Positions 1 to 9,956 of a stretch of DNA of 64,000 nt are shown piece by piece. Position 1 is the stretch's first letter. Each line of letters begins with the position of its first letter. The notes beneath the pieces are model-generated. The model did no database searches and was not told the DNA's origin. It saw nothing but the letters and a program-made list of their open reading frames with translations. The position numbers and the translations under genes were made by a program. The stretch comes from Bryobacterales bacterium (GTDB lineage: Bacteria; Acidobacteriota; Terriglobia; Bryobacterales; UBA6623): positions 41,941 to 105,940 of the forward strand of contig CBDCHL010000003.1 in the NCBI GenBank assembly GCA_965217195.1. Reading direction: 5' to 3'.

Positions 1-2
1 CG

Positions 3-266
3 TACCCAGCGGTTCGCTACGTCAGCAAGCGATCTTTGCGGCGGCTTGCGGGCTTCAATGATTTTGATTACGATTTCATAGCCCCACGCAAGCAACGGGT
101 AGAAGCAACAGTGCATGCGCTGGCTGTTTGGAAGGAGCTGAAAACGCAAAGCCTCGAGCGCACGGGACCCGAAATCCTCATCGATCCGAGCGGTCGTTTG
201 CAGCAAGGAGCTATCGATCGCCTCTTGCAGCAACGCGACAACCGCATCATGAATCTTCAAGAATGA
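3..266 (+). CDS. 3' end of a gene cut by the window edge, function unknown
   Basis: Frame is open from nt 3 to TGA 264-266. Its stop overlaps the ATG of the next ORF (ATGA 263-266). No family recognised. Confidence 0.4.
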   Translation, partial: YPAVRYVSKRSLRRLAGFNDFDYDFIAPRKQRVEATVHALAVWKELKTQSLERTGPEILIDPSGRLQQGAIDRLLQQRDNRIMNLQE

Positions 267-817
267 CCGGACGCGCCGTCAACGTCGAGCAAATGCCTGC
301 CCCCCCCCGAGCCTGGTTCCGCGATAATGACCAGTTATGCTGCGTTAGAAGGCACTTGTCTTTCGGATGGTGGTTGCTGTTGGCCTTTCTGACGCTGGGC
401 GTGAGCCTCGAAGCGATGCACGGGTTTAAGGTTGGCTGGTACTTGGACGTGGCCAACCAAACCCGCCGACTGATGTGGACGCTCGCCCACGCCCACGGCA
501 CCGTGCTGGCGCTGGTGCACCTAGCCTTCGCCGCGACCGTATACATGCTTCCTACATGGGACAAACGCCTCCGCGACCACGCCTCGGCGTGCCTGATGGC
601 CTCCACTGTTCTGCTCCCTTTGGGGTTTTTCCTAGGAGGTATCTTCATTCAGAACGGCGACCCAGGTCTGGGGATACTTCTTGTGCCACTGGCCAGCTTG
701 TTGCTCTTCATTGCCGTCTTGTTATCGGCGCGGGCGGCAAATTTCCTTAGAAGACATCAAGATGCGTTGTCACCTCCAGATCCGAAGCGTCAAAAGATAA
801 AGAGCAAGAAACTGTAG
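263..817 (+). CDS. integral membrane protein, about four TM helices, unknown family
   Basis: ATG 263 gives 184 aa with hydrophobic stretches (WWLLLAFLTLGVSL, GTVLALVHLAFAATVYML, CLMASTVLLPLGFFLGGIF, LGILLVPLASLLLFIAVLL) and a basic tail. The longer track ORF from 128 overlaps the upstream gene and is unlikely. Confidence 0.55.
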   Translation: MTGRAVNVEQMPAPPRAWFRDNDQLCCVRRHLSFGWWLLLAFLTLGVSLEAMHGFKVGWYLDVANQTRRLMWTLAHAHGTVLALVHLAFAATVYMLPTWDKRLRDHASACLMASTVLLPLGFFLGGIFIQNGDPGLGILLVPLASLLLFIAVLLSARAANFLRRHQDALSPPDPKRQKIKSKKL

Positions 818-922
818 TAATAAGTTTCAGGTTTTGGGATTTTCACCAAACGCCATCAAGCGGACATTTCTACCGAGTCAAATCGGGGGACATTTCTATC
901 TGTTCTTGACATTCGAACTGCT

Positions 923-949
923 CGGCCTCCGTCAGGGCCGCGAGGCCGT
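923..949. terminator. possible stem-loop between convergent genes
   Basis: CGGCCTC (923-929) pairs with GAGGCCG (943-949) around a 13-nt loop, followed by TCTTGT. The U-tail is weak. Confidence 0.2.
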
Positions 950-969
950 CTTGTACTGTGGGTCTTCGC

Positions 970-2625
970 TTATTGTCTCCTTTTAGGTTCCTCGACTTGC
1001 ACCACCCGGTCGGCCTCGACGTTTTTCAACTCCTGGGTGCGACCACTGGGCCAGTGAATTTCAACCCTCTCGGCCGAGCGATGGGAACCCAGGCCGAACC
1101 TCACGATGAGCTCACTAGAGGAAGCGTAGCCCACGCTGCTCGTCGCATGGTTGTAGAGACGCTCGCCGCCAGGCAACGTAACGCAGATCTTCGCGCCAAT
1201 ACCGTCTCTATTGCTGAGCGAGCCCACTAATTTGATGGCGATCCAATGGGCTGGTCCCGGGGTGACGTTCCGAAACAGTTTTGCTGGAGCGTTCAATGCC
1301 GTGACCACCACGTCGACCTTCCCGTCATTGTCAAAGTCCGCAAAGGTGGCGCCTCGGTGGTGCCCGGAAGCTTGAAAATCCTCCCCTACACCCTTGGAGA
1401 TGTCCTCGAACCGGCCTCCCCCCAGGTTAAGAAAGACCCTGTTCGCAAGGGCTGAATCGGAACCGATAAATCGACCGATCTGCGGGAAATGGGAATTCGC
1501 AAAAAATAAGTCCTTCCAGCCATCATTATTCAGATCATACATGCCGACGCCCCACCCCGTGAGTTGCTTCGTAGCAAGGAGGAGCCCGGAAGGAATCCTA
1601 TAGTCTTCAAACAGGAGTGCCTTGCCTTGGTTGCGGAACAACAAATAGGTGTCATTGATCATGCCGGTTACCAGCACGTCCGATAGACCGTCGTTGTCGA
1701 AATCGCGAAAGTCAACTCCCATGCCGGCGATAGCCCTTCCGTGATCCGCAAGAGCCACCCCTGCCTCCCACGCAATTTCCTGGAATTTGCCATTGCCCTT
1801 GTTTTCGAACAGAAAGTTTGCAATTGAGTCGTTGGCCACGAACACATCGGGCCAACCGTCGGCATTGAAGTCGGCGAAGGCAACGCCCATCCCCTTTCCA
1901 GCACTTAGCGCGATGCCGGAGCCGGCTGACGCGTCAGTGAACGTACCATCGCCGTTGTTGTGAAATAGTTGGTTGGGCAGCCCCTGGTAATAATCGGGGT
2001 GGCAGTAAAACCGCCGCTCCAGGGGACCACAGCTTTTCTCGGTGCGCGGATCCCAGACAACGTAGTTCGAAACGAAAAGGTCGAGCCAACCGTCATTGTT
2101 GTAATCGAACCAGCCCGCGGAGATCGACCACATTTCCCCATGCTCAGCGTCAACCCCGCTAAGGCCTGCCTGGGTGGTTACATCCTCAAAAGTACCGTCC
2201 CCAAGATTATGGTATAGAATGTTGCGGTTGACGCCCGCAACAAAAAAATCGGCGTTGCCATCATTGTCGTAATCACCCGCGGCCACTGCCATAGAGTACC
2301 CCTCGCCTTCCACCCCGGCTTTTCCAGTCACATCGGTGAAAGTCAGGTCACAGTTGTTGCGGTAAAGACGGTTATGGAATTCCGGTCCCGTCTTTCGCAG
2401 GGAGGGTAAGGAGGCGCCGTTCGTGAAGTACAGATCTGTGCAGCTGTCATTGTCAAAATCAAGCGCCGCCACGCCGCCCGGCATTAACTCCACCAGGTGA
2501 TATCTTCCCCCAGCCCCATTTCTCAACTCGAATTGTAGGCCTGCTTTCGCTGCGATCTCATTGAACCGAATTTGTGCGGAAACAAGAAACCCGGGAAGGA
2601 AGAGTAGGGAAAGAAGGAACCTCAT
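970..2625 (-). CDS. secreted FG-GAP/VCBS-repeat protein with C-terminal ASPIC/UnbV domain (CRTAC1-like)
   Basis: 551 aa with signal peptide MRFLLSLLFLPGFLVSAQ. Repeated DFDNDG / DYDNDG / DYNNDGW / DFNADGW / DLNNDGW motifs. C-terminus reads NRDGIGAKI...VRFGLG...VEIHWPSG. 4-nt overlap with the upstream TPR gene. Confidence 0.85.
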   Translation of the reverse strand: MRFLLSLLFLPGFLVSAQIRFNEIAAKAGLQFELRNGAGGRYHLVELMPGGVAALDFDNDSCTDLYFTNGASLPSLRKTGPEFHNRLYRNNCDLTFTDVTGKAGVEGEGYSMAVAAGDYDNDGNADFFVAGVNRNILYHNLGDGTFEDVTTQAGLSGVDAEHGEMWSISAGWFDYNNDGWLDLFVSNYVVWDPRTEKSCGPLERRFYCHPDYYQGLPNQLFHNNGDGTFTDASAGSGIALSAGKGMGVAFADFNADGWPDVFVANDSIANFLFENKGNGKFQEIAWEAGVALADHGRAIAGMGVDFRDFDNDGLSDVLVTGMINDTYLLFRNQGKALLFEDYRIPSGLLLATKQLTGWGVGMYDLNNDGWKDLFFANSHFPQIGRFIGSDSALANRVFLNLGGGRFEDISKGVGEDFQASGHHRGATFADFDNDGKVDVVVTALNAPAKLFRNVTPGPAHWIAIKLVGSLSNRDGIGAKICVTLPGGERLYNHATSSVGYASSSELIVRFGLGSHRSAERVEIHWPSGRTQELKNVEADRVVQVEEPKRRQ

Positions 2626-3767
2626 TCTTTCGGCCGCCTTGTCTTCTCGCTCTGTTGGTTACGGAGCCACGCTGCCTGTTCGGCGGCTTCTTCGGTGCGG
2701 CCTTGAGCCTTGTAGATCTTCAAGAGCAGACTGCGTACGCGAGCTTCCGACGCAAGCCGGAGAGCGTGCTCCGCTTCCTCGGCGGCTTGCCCGAGCCGAC
2801 CCATGTTGAAGAGGATTCGAGCCTGCCAGAAGCGCAGTTCGGCGGAGTCCGGCCTCACCTGCAGCGCTTTTCCCATCCGGACTAACGCTGCTTCCTCCCT
2901 GCCGGTTTGAAACAAAAGCCGCGCGTATCCAAGCAGGACGTCGGGATTACCGGCCAGCGTCGGCTCCGCCAGAAGCTCAAGAAACGCCGACTCGGCTTCC
3001 TTAGCTCGCCCCAGCTCCGCCAGTGAAGCAGCAGCATGCACGCGGGCCAAATCATGATCGGGCTGAAGCTTTAGCGAGGTTTCCAGAGCTTCCAGGGCGA
3101 GCGTGAAGCGCTCGCTTTCAAAGAAAAATGCTCCCAGGTAATACCAGCTTTTCGGGTCTTGCGTATTTGACTCGACGAGTGACTTGAACAGCCTCTCTGC
3201 CTTAAAGGAGCGTTTCTCCATGTGGTATGCGACCGCAAGTGCCCGTTGCGCCATACGATCGTCGGGCGCCAGCTTGACCACCGTTTCCAGGTAAGGAATC
3301 GCTTCCGCGGCTCGGCCTAGCTTGATCAAGCTCCTTCCGAGCCCCCTTTGCGCCGGCGACAGGTCTGGATTCGACTCCAGCGCTTCACGATAGTATTTCG
3401 CTGCCTCGGCGAAGCGGCCGAGCTGATATTCACACGCAGCCAGACGCCCTAGGAGCGCCGCTTCGCCGGGCGCTCGAGTAAGACCTTGACGGTAGTGAAC
3501 GGCCGCCTCCTCAAAGCGGCCCTGCGCATAAAGCTGGTCTCCGGCAGAGGTGTCAATAGTCTGCGCCCGCAGCGATAGAGCTACCCATGGGAGCATGCAG
3601 GTGACCACGACATGGGGCCAGACTGAGCTATGAAACAAATATCGCACGAGCCGCTTGCCACCCCCTTTTTTAGCGCCTAAACTGTTTCTGCTCTGGTTTA
3701 GCTGCGCGTCAGCCTTTCGTCGAGGTCCGGCAAGCTTGTGGATCCCAGGTCCGCAACGTGACACCAC
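2622..3767 (-). CDS. TPR-repeat protein
   Basis: 381 aa with a GTG start. Basic/hydrophobic N-terminus followed by about eight TPR-like units (A..Y..AL...P....A...LG pattern). Overlaps the downstream ASPIC gene by 4 nt. Start is uncertain. Confidence 0.8.
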   Translation of the reverse strand: MVSRCGPGIHKLAGPRRKADAQLNQSRNSLGAKKGGGKRLVRYLFHSSVWPHVVVTCMLPWVALSLRAQTIDTSAGDQLYAQGRFEEAAVHYRQGLTRAPGEAALLGRLAACEYQLGRFAEAAKYYREALESNPDLSPAQRGLGRSLIKLGRAAEAIPYLETVVKLAPDDRMAQRALAVAYHMEKRSFKAERLFKSLVESNTQDPKSWYYLGAFFFESERFTLALEALETSLKLQPDHDLARVHAAASLAELGRAKEAESAFLELLAEPTLAGNPDVLLGYARLLFQTGREEAALVRMGKALQVRPDSAELRFWQARILFNMGRLGQAAEEAEHALRLASEARVRSLLLKIYKAQGRTEEAAEQAAWLRNQQSEKTRRPKE

Positions 3768-3935
3768 AGTCTAACGGGTTGCTGAGCGCGGACCTTGCCG
3801 CGTTCCGACTTTGGTCGCACACAGGAGGGCAGGATACAAGGAACACAAGCATCGACCCAAACCGTCGGGCCGGCTGCGGCGTGCAGAAACTCCCCGGCCG
3901 GGCTTGATCTCGGGTGGTGGCGGGTGCTGGCGGAA

Positions 3936-3963
3936 TTGGTAGACCTAGACAGTAGCATATAAT
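3936..3963 (+). promoter_or_regulatory. candidate sigma70-type promoter for the TPR gene at 4018
   Basis: TTGGTA (3936-3941), 16-nt spacer, perfect TATAAT (3958-3963), located 55 nt upstream of ATG 4018. Confidence 0.3.
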
Positions 3964-4017
3964 ATATTCGGGTCACAGTGGGCTATAAAAGTGGTCTGAT
4001 CAGGGAGCTCAAAGGAT

Positions 4018-5091
4018 ATGTACGAACACGCGTCCGGGTGCTCCGCACCGTCTCAAACCAAGCATTTTGGTAGCACGAAAGCCTGTGAATCCCCACACCG
4101 TAGAAAGCACGAAGTGGACAGACTTCCGCGTGTCAAAGCTGTGTTTGCGATGTCAGCTTTGACCCTGCTGGCCGTGTTCCCGGTGTCCTCAGCAGGTGAG
4201 TCGAGGCGCCCGGAAGAACTCGCCGCTCTAGCGTCGAAGGCCTTCGAGTCGGGAGACCTCGTGGAAGCGGAAAGAGCCTTGCTCCAGGCGCTGGACATTG
4301 ATCCCGGCAACCCCTACTATGCGACGGCCCTTGGGGAGGTGTACCGAACCCTGGGAAAGGCGGACCTGGCGATCGCCCAGCTGGAAAAAGCATTGCGTGT
4401 CCTGCCGGGCGAATTCAGGATCCGCTACACGCTTGCCCAGGCCTACCAGAATACCGATGACGATGCAAAGGCGTTAGAGGTCCTGGAGGGAGTCCAGCCG
4501 CCCGACTCCTTGCGCGGTCCGTGGACGTTCACCCAAGCGTTTAGCTTGTTCAGGCTTGGCAGACTTGAGGCGGCTGAGACCAAGTTCCATCATTTACTCC
4601 GCAATGACCTGATGCAAGGGCCGGCAAACTTTTTTGTCGCCAATTGCCATTTTGCTCGGCATCAATTCGCCGAAGCCCTAGATTATTATGACAAAGCGAT
4701 CGCGCTAGGAAACGTTCCGGAAAATAGGCTTTTGAACGTCTACTGGTACAACTACGGCCTTGCCTCTTATCATTTGGGCCGGTTCCGTCGATGTGCAGGA
4801 GCTTTCCGCGAATCGATTCAGCTGCACTCTCACGACCCTTTACCTTGGCTATTTCTCGGGCGCTGCGAAGCCGAGTCGGGCAACTTCAAAGAAGCGATCG
4901 CTGCCTTCGAAACGCTAATTAAAGGTGATCCGGATTTCAGCCCGGCGTATTTTCAGCTTGCCCGGCTTCATGTCGAATATGGCGATAAACAGCGGGCCAA
5001 AGAGCTTTTTCAAAAAGTCTCGGATCTCAAAAAACGAGAAGTGCAGCGACCGGAGCAACTGAGTTACCAATTGAAATTAACCAATAAATAA
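4018..5091 (+). CDS. TPR-repeat protein, secreted
   Basis: 357 aa. Signal-like segment KAVFAMSALTLLAVFPVSSAGE followed by TPR units. The true start may lie between 4018 and 4150. Confidence 0.75.
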   Translation: MYEHASGCSAPSQTKHFGSTKACESPHRRKHEVDRLPRVKAVFAMSALTLLAVFPVSSAGESRRPEELAALASKAFESGDLVEAERALLQALDIDPGNPYYATALGEVYRTLGKADLAIAQLEKALRVLPGEFRIRYTLAQAYQNTDDDAKALEVLEGVQPPDSLRGPWTFTQAFSLFRLGRLEAAETKFHHLLRNDLMQGPANFFVANCHFARHQFAEALDYYDKAIALGNVPENRLLNVYWYNYGLASYHLGRFRRCAGAFRESIQLHSHDPLPWLFLGRCEAESGNFKEAIAAFETLIKGDPDFSPAYFQLARLHVEYGDKQRAKELFQKVSDLKKREVQRPEQLSYQLKLTNK

Positions 5092-5115
5092 GCCGGCCAG
5101 CTCGATTCGCATGAG

Positions 5116-6918
5116 CTACTTCACCGAAAGCGGCTGGTTAGCAGATCTGGAGGGCGTGGCAGGGGTTAGCGGCAAATCCTGACCCTCTTGAAGCAGTACC
5201 TCTCGATTGACTTCAGAACCACTGAAGCTTTGGCTAAGCCCGCTGGGCCAGCGGACTTGGATGTTATCGACCTTCGCTGCGTAGGCAAGCCCGAAGTGCA
5301 ACCGGGTCTCGCTGTGTGACATATAGCTGCCACCGCTGCGAACCTCGGCGATCTGCTTCAAACTCCCGGCCTCGACGGTGATACGGGCGCCGATGCCGTT
5401 GCGGTTCGACTTCGTGCCCAAAAGCTTCACTAACAACCAGTTCTGTTGTTCACCGCGGTTAACGAGTAGGCTCGGCCGGTTATCCAGATTGTTGACGACT
5501 ACCTCGATAGCACCGTCGTTGTTGAGGTCACCGAAGGCCGCACCTCGAGCGGAGTGCCGGCCGAGAATCCCCGGGCCCGTTTGGGCTGAGATGTCAAGGA
5601 AGGCGCCGTTGCGGAGGTTCCAATAGATGTTCTTCTCTTGCTTGTAGGAGCTGTTCAAATTCAAGCTATCGATCGAAGGATAGATATGACCGTTTACCAT
5701 CATGATGTCTTTCCACCCGTCGTGGTCTACATCAACGAACCCAACCCCCCAGCCTAGAAACCGGGTGTTGACTCCGAGACCGGCACGATACGTCACGTCG
5801 GTAAAGAATCGGTCCCCGTTGTTCTGATAGAGGGTCGGAGTATCCTCGGTAAAATTTGTTTTCACAATATCCAGCAGGCCGTCTTGATTAAAGTCTGCGG
5901 CGGCCGCGCCCATGCCTGCCTGTTCTAGACCATCCTGGTTGAAGGCGGTGCCCGAGGAGATGCCAATGTCAGTAAAGGTGCCGTCGTGATTGTTGCGGAA
6001 TAGGATGCTGGGCGTTGAATCGCAGGCGATGTAAACGTCAGGCCAGGTATCGTTGTCGAAATCGCCGCTCAATACAGAAAAACAGTAATAGCCCGAAGGT
6101 CCCGTGAATCCACTTTCTTCCGAAACATCGACGAATGTCCCGTTTCCCACATTGTGATAGAGCGTATTTGTTTCTCCGGACAAACCTTGGGGCCCGCACA
6201 CTACGGGGAGCCCCTTATACATACACAGATCGTTGTCTCCCGGCTTGGGGGAGTGCTCGGGATCGAAGCGGAGGTAGTTGGCAACTGCCAAATCCAGTTC
6301 GCCGTCGCGGTCGTAGTCGAGGAAGGAGCAGCCGGCCCCCCAGCGGGTCCCGTCTTCCGGGAGTCCCGCGGTCGCGGTGACATTGCGAAAGGTACCGTTG
6401 CCTTGGTTCCGATATAGAATATTCGGGCCGTAGTAAGTGACAAAAAGATCGTCGAACCCGTCATTGTCATAATCACCGACACAAACCCCCTGGCCCCAGC
6501 CGGTGTGCACCAGTCGAGCCTTCGTCGTGACATCCTCGAATTTCAGACCGCCACGGTTTCGGAAAAGCCGGTTTGTAGGTCGGGGTTCTCCTGCGTCATA
6601 ACGCCATTTCGCGCCATTGACCAGAAAAATGTCTGCCAGGCCATCGTTGTCGAAGTCGAAAATCGCCGCGCCGCTGCCCGTGGCCTCGAGGAGATAGAGT
6701 TTTTCCACTGGGTCTCCCGCAACATGTCGAAATTGGAGGCCTGCTTCGGCGGCTACGTCTTCAAACCACACTTTGGGAAGGGGTCGGTCGCTCTTTGCAA
6801 GAGGAGAAGCCCGAGGCTGCCTTCGCGGCGCCGCCATACCTTGGGCCAGCACCCGGAGGGGCCACGCCAGCAAAAACAATACGCCGAGCAGAATTCCTCG
6901 CTTCTGCCTATCAGACAT
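5116..6918 (-). CDS. secreted FG-GAP-repeat protein with ASPIC/UnbV domain (paralogue of 970..2625)
   Basis: ATG 6918 gives signal peptide MSDRQKRGILLGVLFLLAWPLRVLAQG. Motifs DFDNDG, DYDNDG, DYDRDG, DFNQDG, DVDHDGW, DLNNDG. C-terminus reads NRNGIGARI...HFGLA...VRWPSG. The track ORF extends to 7047. Confidence 0.85.
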   Translation of the reverse strand: MSDRQKRGILLGVLFLLAWPLRVLAQGMAAPRRQPRASPLAKSDRPLPKVWFEDVAAEAGLQFRHVAGDPVEKLYLLEATGSGAAIFDFDNDGLADIFLVNGAKWRYDAGEPRPTNRLFRNRGGLKFEDVTTKARLVHTGWGQGVCVGDYDNDGFDDLFVTYYGPNILYRNQGNGTFRNVTATAGLPEDGTRWGAGCSFLDYDRDGELDLAVANYLRFDPEHSPKPGDNDLCMYKGLPVVCGPQGLSGETNTLYHNVGNGTFVDVSEESGFTGPSGYYCFSVLSGDFDNDTWPDVYIACDSTPSILFRNNHDGTFTDIGISSGTAFNQDGLEQAGMGAAAADFNQDGLLDIVKTNFTEDTPTLYQNNGDRFFTDVTYRAGLGVNTRFLGWGVGFVDVDHDGWKDIMMVNGHIYPSIDSLNLNSSYKQEKNIYWNLRNGAFLDISAQTGPGILGRHSARGAAFGDLNNDGAIEVVVNNLDNRPSLLVNRGEQQNWLLVKLLGTKSNRNGIGARITVEAGSLKQIAEVRSGGSYMSHSETRLHFGLAYAAKVDNIQVRWPSGLSQSFSGSEVNREVLLQEGQDLPLTPATPSRSANQPLSVK

Positions 6919-7078
6919 TCGGCACAGGCCATTATTGAAGAACATTGAGCTTCTTTGCGGCAGATCATACGTATACCATAACGCGAGGGTGTGCACGGCC
7001 CCCGGCGCACGACCGTACGCTGGCTGTGCAGTGGTTCCGCCATCCACTGTTGGCGACAGAACCGTAACTCCGTACCTG

Positions 7079-7528
7079 CTAGGATTTGAGGATCAGTTCC
7101 GGGGCGACCGAGCGAAATGGGGAAGTCGTCGTCGACATCGATGGCAGGCTTGCGGTAAGACATTCGGGACGAACTCCCAACACCATGCCAGCAACGTGCT
7201 TCTCCTCGACGATCCGGTCGCGCTCGGCTTTGGCGATTACGTCACCGGGGTCCAGCCGTAGGGCTTCCTCAAAGGCGATTAGCGCCTCGTCGTTATGGTC
7301 TAGGTCGACGAGGGCCTGTCCCAGTTGCCGGTGGGTTTCGGCAGACGACGAGCGGAGCCTAATCGCATCGCGATAAGCCGCGACGGCCCGTTCGGTTTGT
7401 CCAGCCTGAAGTTGGGCTTGAGCGAGGCCGTTCGCGGCCTCAAAAGAGGAGGGTCGGAGCCGAAGAGCCTCGGAGTGGGACTCGGCCGCAGCCACAAAGT
7501 CGCCGCGACCTGCCAGCGCGTCACCCAA
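7079..7528 (-). CDS. short TPR protein, possibly a 5'-truncated remnant
   Basis: 149 aa from a TTG start. The TPR-like frame stays open 23 codons further upstream (to TGA 7598-7600) without any start codon. Confidence 0.45.
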   Translation of the reverse strand: MGDALAGRGDFVAAAESHSEALRLRPSSFEAANGLAQAQLQAGQTERAVAAYRDAIRLRSSSAETHRQLGQALVDLDHNDEALIAFEEALRLDPGDVIAKAERDRIVEEKHVAGMVLGVRPECLTASLPSMSTTTSPFRSVAPELILKS

Positions 7529-7676
7529 GGAAAGGTAACCCGCCGATGATTCGGGCGCGAGCTGAGTGACCAGGCGGAGCCTTCCAACGGCGTCGTCTCA
7601 GGTCACCGCTCACCAGAGAAGCGCGGGCTTCGGCCATCAGAACGGTCGCGGTCTCGCCTTTCTGTTTGTCCGCCAC

Positions 7677-9956
7677 TCATTCGCGGCCCTCTTCCAAAGC
7701 ACTGCGGGCCTCGTCACGCGGGCCGGAACGAGCCAGTGCGAGACCCAACTGGTACCTCGCTTCGCCGAGGTTGGGGTCCAATTGGATGGCTGTTTGGAGG
7801 TGCCGTATTCCGTCGTCGGCCTGTTGGCTCGCCACGAGAGCCTTTCCCAACGCGGCGTGTGCGGCGGCGTAGTTAGGTTGGATAGATATAGCGCGTCGAA
7901 GGTGGTCGACCTCCTTCTCTCGATCGTTCTTGCGCGCATAGGCCTGGGCCAGGTTGAATTCGGCTTTGAATAGGCCCGGTTCCTGCTCAAGGGCGGCCCG
8001 CAACTCGCGGATAGCTTCGTCTGGATCGACGATCACCAGCGTGGCCCCGAGGTTGGCTCGGGCTTCGGCGTAGTCAGGCCGGTGCCGGAGCGCTTCGCGG
8101 TAGGCCGCGATGGCCTCCTCGGGCTTGTCGGTTTGCGTGAGAACAAATCCGAGGTTGTTGTGAGCTTCTGTGTTGTCCGGCTGGAGATCGAGAGCCTTTC
8201 GAAATGCGGCGATCACTTTGGCAGAGTCGGCGCCATGCCGTCCCAGCAAGCGCCCAAGCGTGTTATGGGCCGCGGCATTCTCGGGCTGGTCTTGCACCGC
8301 GGCTTGCAGCGCCGCCACCGCAACGCCTAGGTCAGGGAGCGGGCCTTCTGGGTCGACCAGGTTCAACGCCGCCTCGAATTGACCCACCGCCGGCGGAAGG
8401 TGGCCCGCCTGGAGGAACACCACCGCGAGGTCGACGTAGGGAGCCGGCAGCTTGGAGTTCAGCGCGATGGCACGCTGCAAATAGCGGCGCGCGGGATCGA
8501 GTTGGCCCAGCTCGCGCATGGCCATTCCTAGAAAGGCATTGGCTTCGGCCGAGGAGGGATCGAGTTGCAAAGCCTGTTCAAGTTCGGAGACTGCTTCGCT
8601 TCGCTCGCCGAGATACCACAGGGCGAGGCCGAGATGGTAGTGAGGCTCGGCTAAGCCCGGATGCAACTCCACAGCTCGCCGGAGGTGTTTCTCGGAAGCG
8701 ACTAGTTCGCCTTGTTGGCCCAGAAGGAATCCGAGCAGGTTGTGGCCTTCGGCGAAGTTGGGGTCGGCCTCGACTGCGAGCTGCAACAAGGCGATGGCGG
8801 ACGTCGCATCCTTCCGGGCCATGGCGTCCGTAGCCGCTTTTAAATGCGTGCTTGCCTCGGCATTCGGTTGTTTTATGGCAGCTTTGGCTCGGCGGCGCAG
8901 GGGAGCGGCCTTCTGCTTGAGCGTGAGGCCGAGCCCGTAGTAGGCCTCCCGCAGCTCCGGATTCAAACTCAGGGTCTTATCGAACTCGTCGATCGCTTTA
9001 TCGAGATCAGGGATCTGCCGCAGCGTTTGCGCCAGCTGGTAGTGGATGTCCGCTTGGTTCGGGTGCCGATCTGCGAGAGTCTGGAAGTGGTCTAGCGCCT
9101 CTTCAGCTTCGCTGGCGCTGCGTAACGTGATGGCCAGGTTGTTGAGGATCTGGTCGTCGTCGGGCCGGAGGGAAAGCGCGTGCCGCAACACCTCAACCGC
9201 TTCTTCGACCTCTCCGCTGTTAGCGAGCGCCGTCCCCAGGTTGTCGTGCGCTCGGACGAAGCCCGGCTGAAGCTCCACGGCGCGGCGGTAGTGCTCCACG
9301 GCGAGCAAGAAGCGCTTCTTTGATGCGTAGGCGACGCCGAGCCAGTTGTGCGCCTCGGCGGCGCACAGACCCGGACTGGCGCTGCTAGCGCATCCGGCTC
9401 TTACCTCGGATGAGTCGGGGGTTTGTTCCACCGCGGCCCGCAGGTGCTCAATGGCGCCGTCGATCTGTCCGGTGCGCTGCAGCAGCAGGCCTAGCTCGAT
9501 TCGGGTGGGGGTATGGGCTGGTTTCAGCCTGACGGCTTTGTTCAGTTCCGCGATGGCCGCTTCTAGCTGGCCCGCGTTGCGCAGCGCCAGGCCAAGGTTG
9601 TAGCTCGCCTCGTGTGATTCGGGTTGTAGCTCGGCGGCGCGGGAGAACGCGTCGAGAGCTTCATCCGTCTTCCCTAATTGGCTGAGAACGACACCGAGCG
9701 CGATCAGAGTTTCTGGATGGTTGGGGATCAGCTTGAGAACCTCCCGAAACTCGCCGGCCGCTTGTTCGAACCGCCTCTGTTCCAGAAGCTGGACGCCAAG
9801 TTGGTAGTGTTCACTCGGGGATTGAGCGAGTCCCCAGGTCGCCAGCGCGAGCACCAGGGCGGCGGCGCTACAAAGGCGGAACGGCGATTGACCAAGGCCC
9901 CGACCCGAGGACGGGCCCAGCGAATGAGCCGCGGCGGGCGTTCGATTCCTAGCCAT
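7677..9956 (-). CDS. large TPR-repeat protein
   Basis: ORF is open to 10112. ATG 9956 gives a signal-like N-terminus (FRLCSAAALVLALATWGLAQS). More than 15 TPR units follow along the whole length. Confidence 0.8.
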   Translation of the reverse strand: MARNRTPAAAHSLGPSSGRGLGQSPFRLCSAAALVLALATWGLAQSPSEHYQLGVQLLEQRRFEQAAGEFREVLKLIPNHPETLIALGVVLSQLGKTDEALDAFSRAAELQPESHEASYNLGLALRNAGQLEAAIAELNKAVRLKPAHTPTRIELGLLLQRTGQIDGAIEHLRAAVEQTPDSSEVRAGCASSASPGLCAAEAHNWLGVAYASKKRFLLAVEHYRRAVELQPGFVRAHDNLGTALANSGEVEEAVEVLRHALSLRPDDDQILNNLAITLRSASEAEEALDHFQTLADRHPNQADIHYQLAQTLRQIPDLDKAIDEFDKTLSLNPELREAYYGLGLTLKQKAAPLRRRAKAAIKQPNAEASTHLKAATDAMARKDATSAIALLQLAVEADPNFAEGHNLLGFLLGQQGELVASEKHLRRAVELHPGLAEPHYHLGLALWYLGERSEAVSELEQALQLDPSSAEANAFLGMAMRELGQLDPARRYLQRAIALNSKLPAPYVDLAVVFLQAGHLPPAVGQFEAALNLVDPEGPLPDLGVAVAALQAAVQDQPENAAAHNTLGRLLGRHGADSAKVIAAFRKALDLQPDNTEAHNNLGFVLTQTDKPEEAIAAYREALRHRPDYAEARANLGATLVIVDPDEAIRELRAALEQEPGLFKAEFNLAQAYARKNDREKEVDHLRRAISIQPNYAAAHAALGKALVASQQADDGIRHLQTAIQLDPNLGEARYQLGLALARSGPRDEARSALEEGRE

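Noticed and set aside
861-900. Two direct repeats, CGGACATTTCTACC and GGGACATTTCTATC, 26 bp apart. Considered as transposon-end binding sites or a mini CRISPR-like array.
   Set aside because: There are only two units, no further copies that I could find in the window, and no adjacent mobile gene. The evidence is insufficient.
3920-3945. GCGGGTGCTGGCGGAATTGGTAGACC resembles the acceptor stem and D-arm of a tRNA-Leu.
   Set aside because: No D-stem closure, anticodon arm, variable arm or T-arm follows. The sequence runs directly into an AT-rich promoter-like stretch. At most it is a 5' tRNA fragment, and more probably it is chance.
8204-8833. This ORF and many similar long ORFs (for example 22059..22913, 30897..32024, 40610..41563, 53283..54134, 60706..61500, 62783..63598).
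   Set aside because: These are antisense or out-of-frame shadows of clearly assigned genes. They have Arg/Pro/Gly-rich composition and no motifs.
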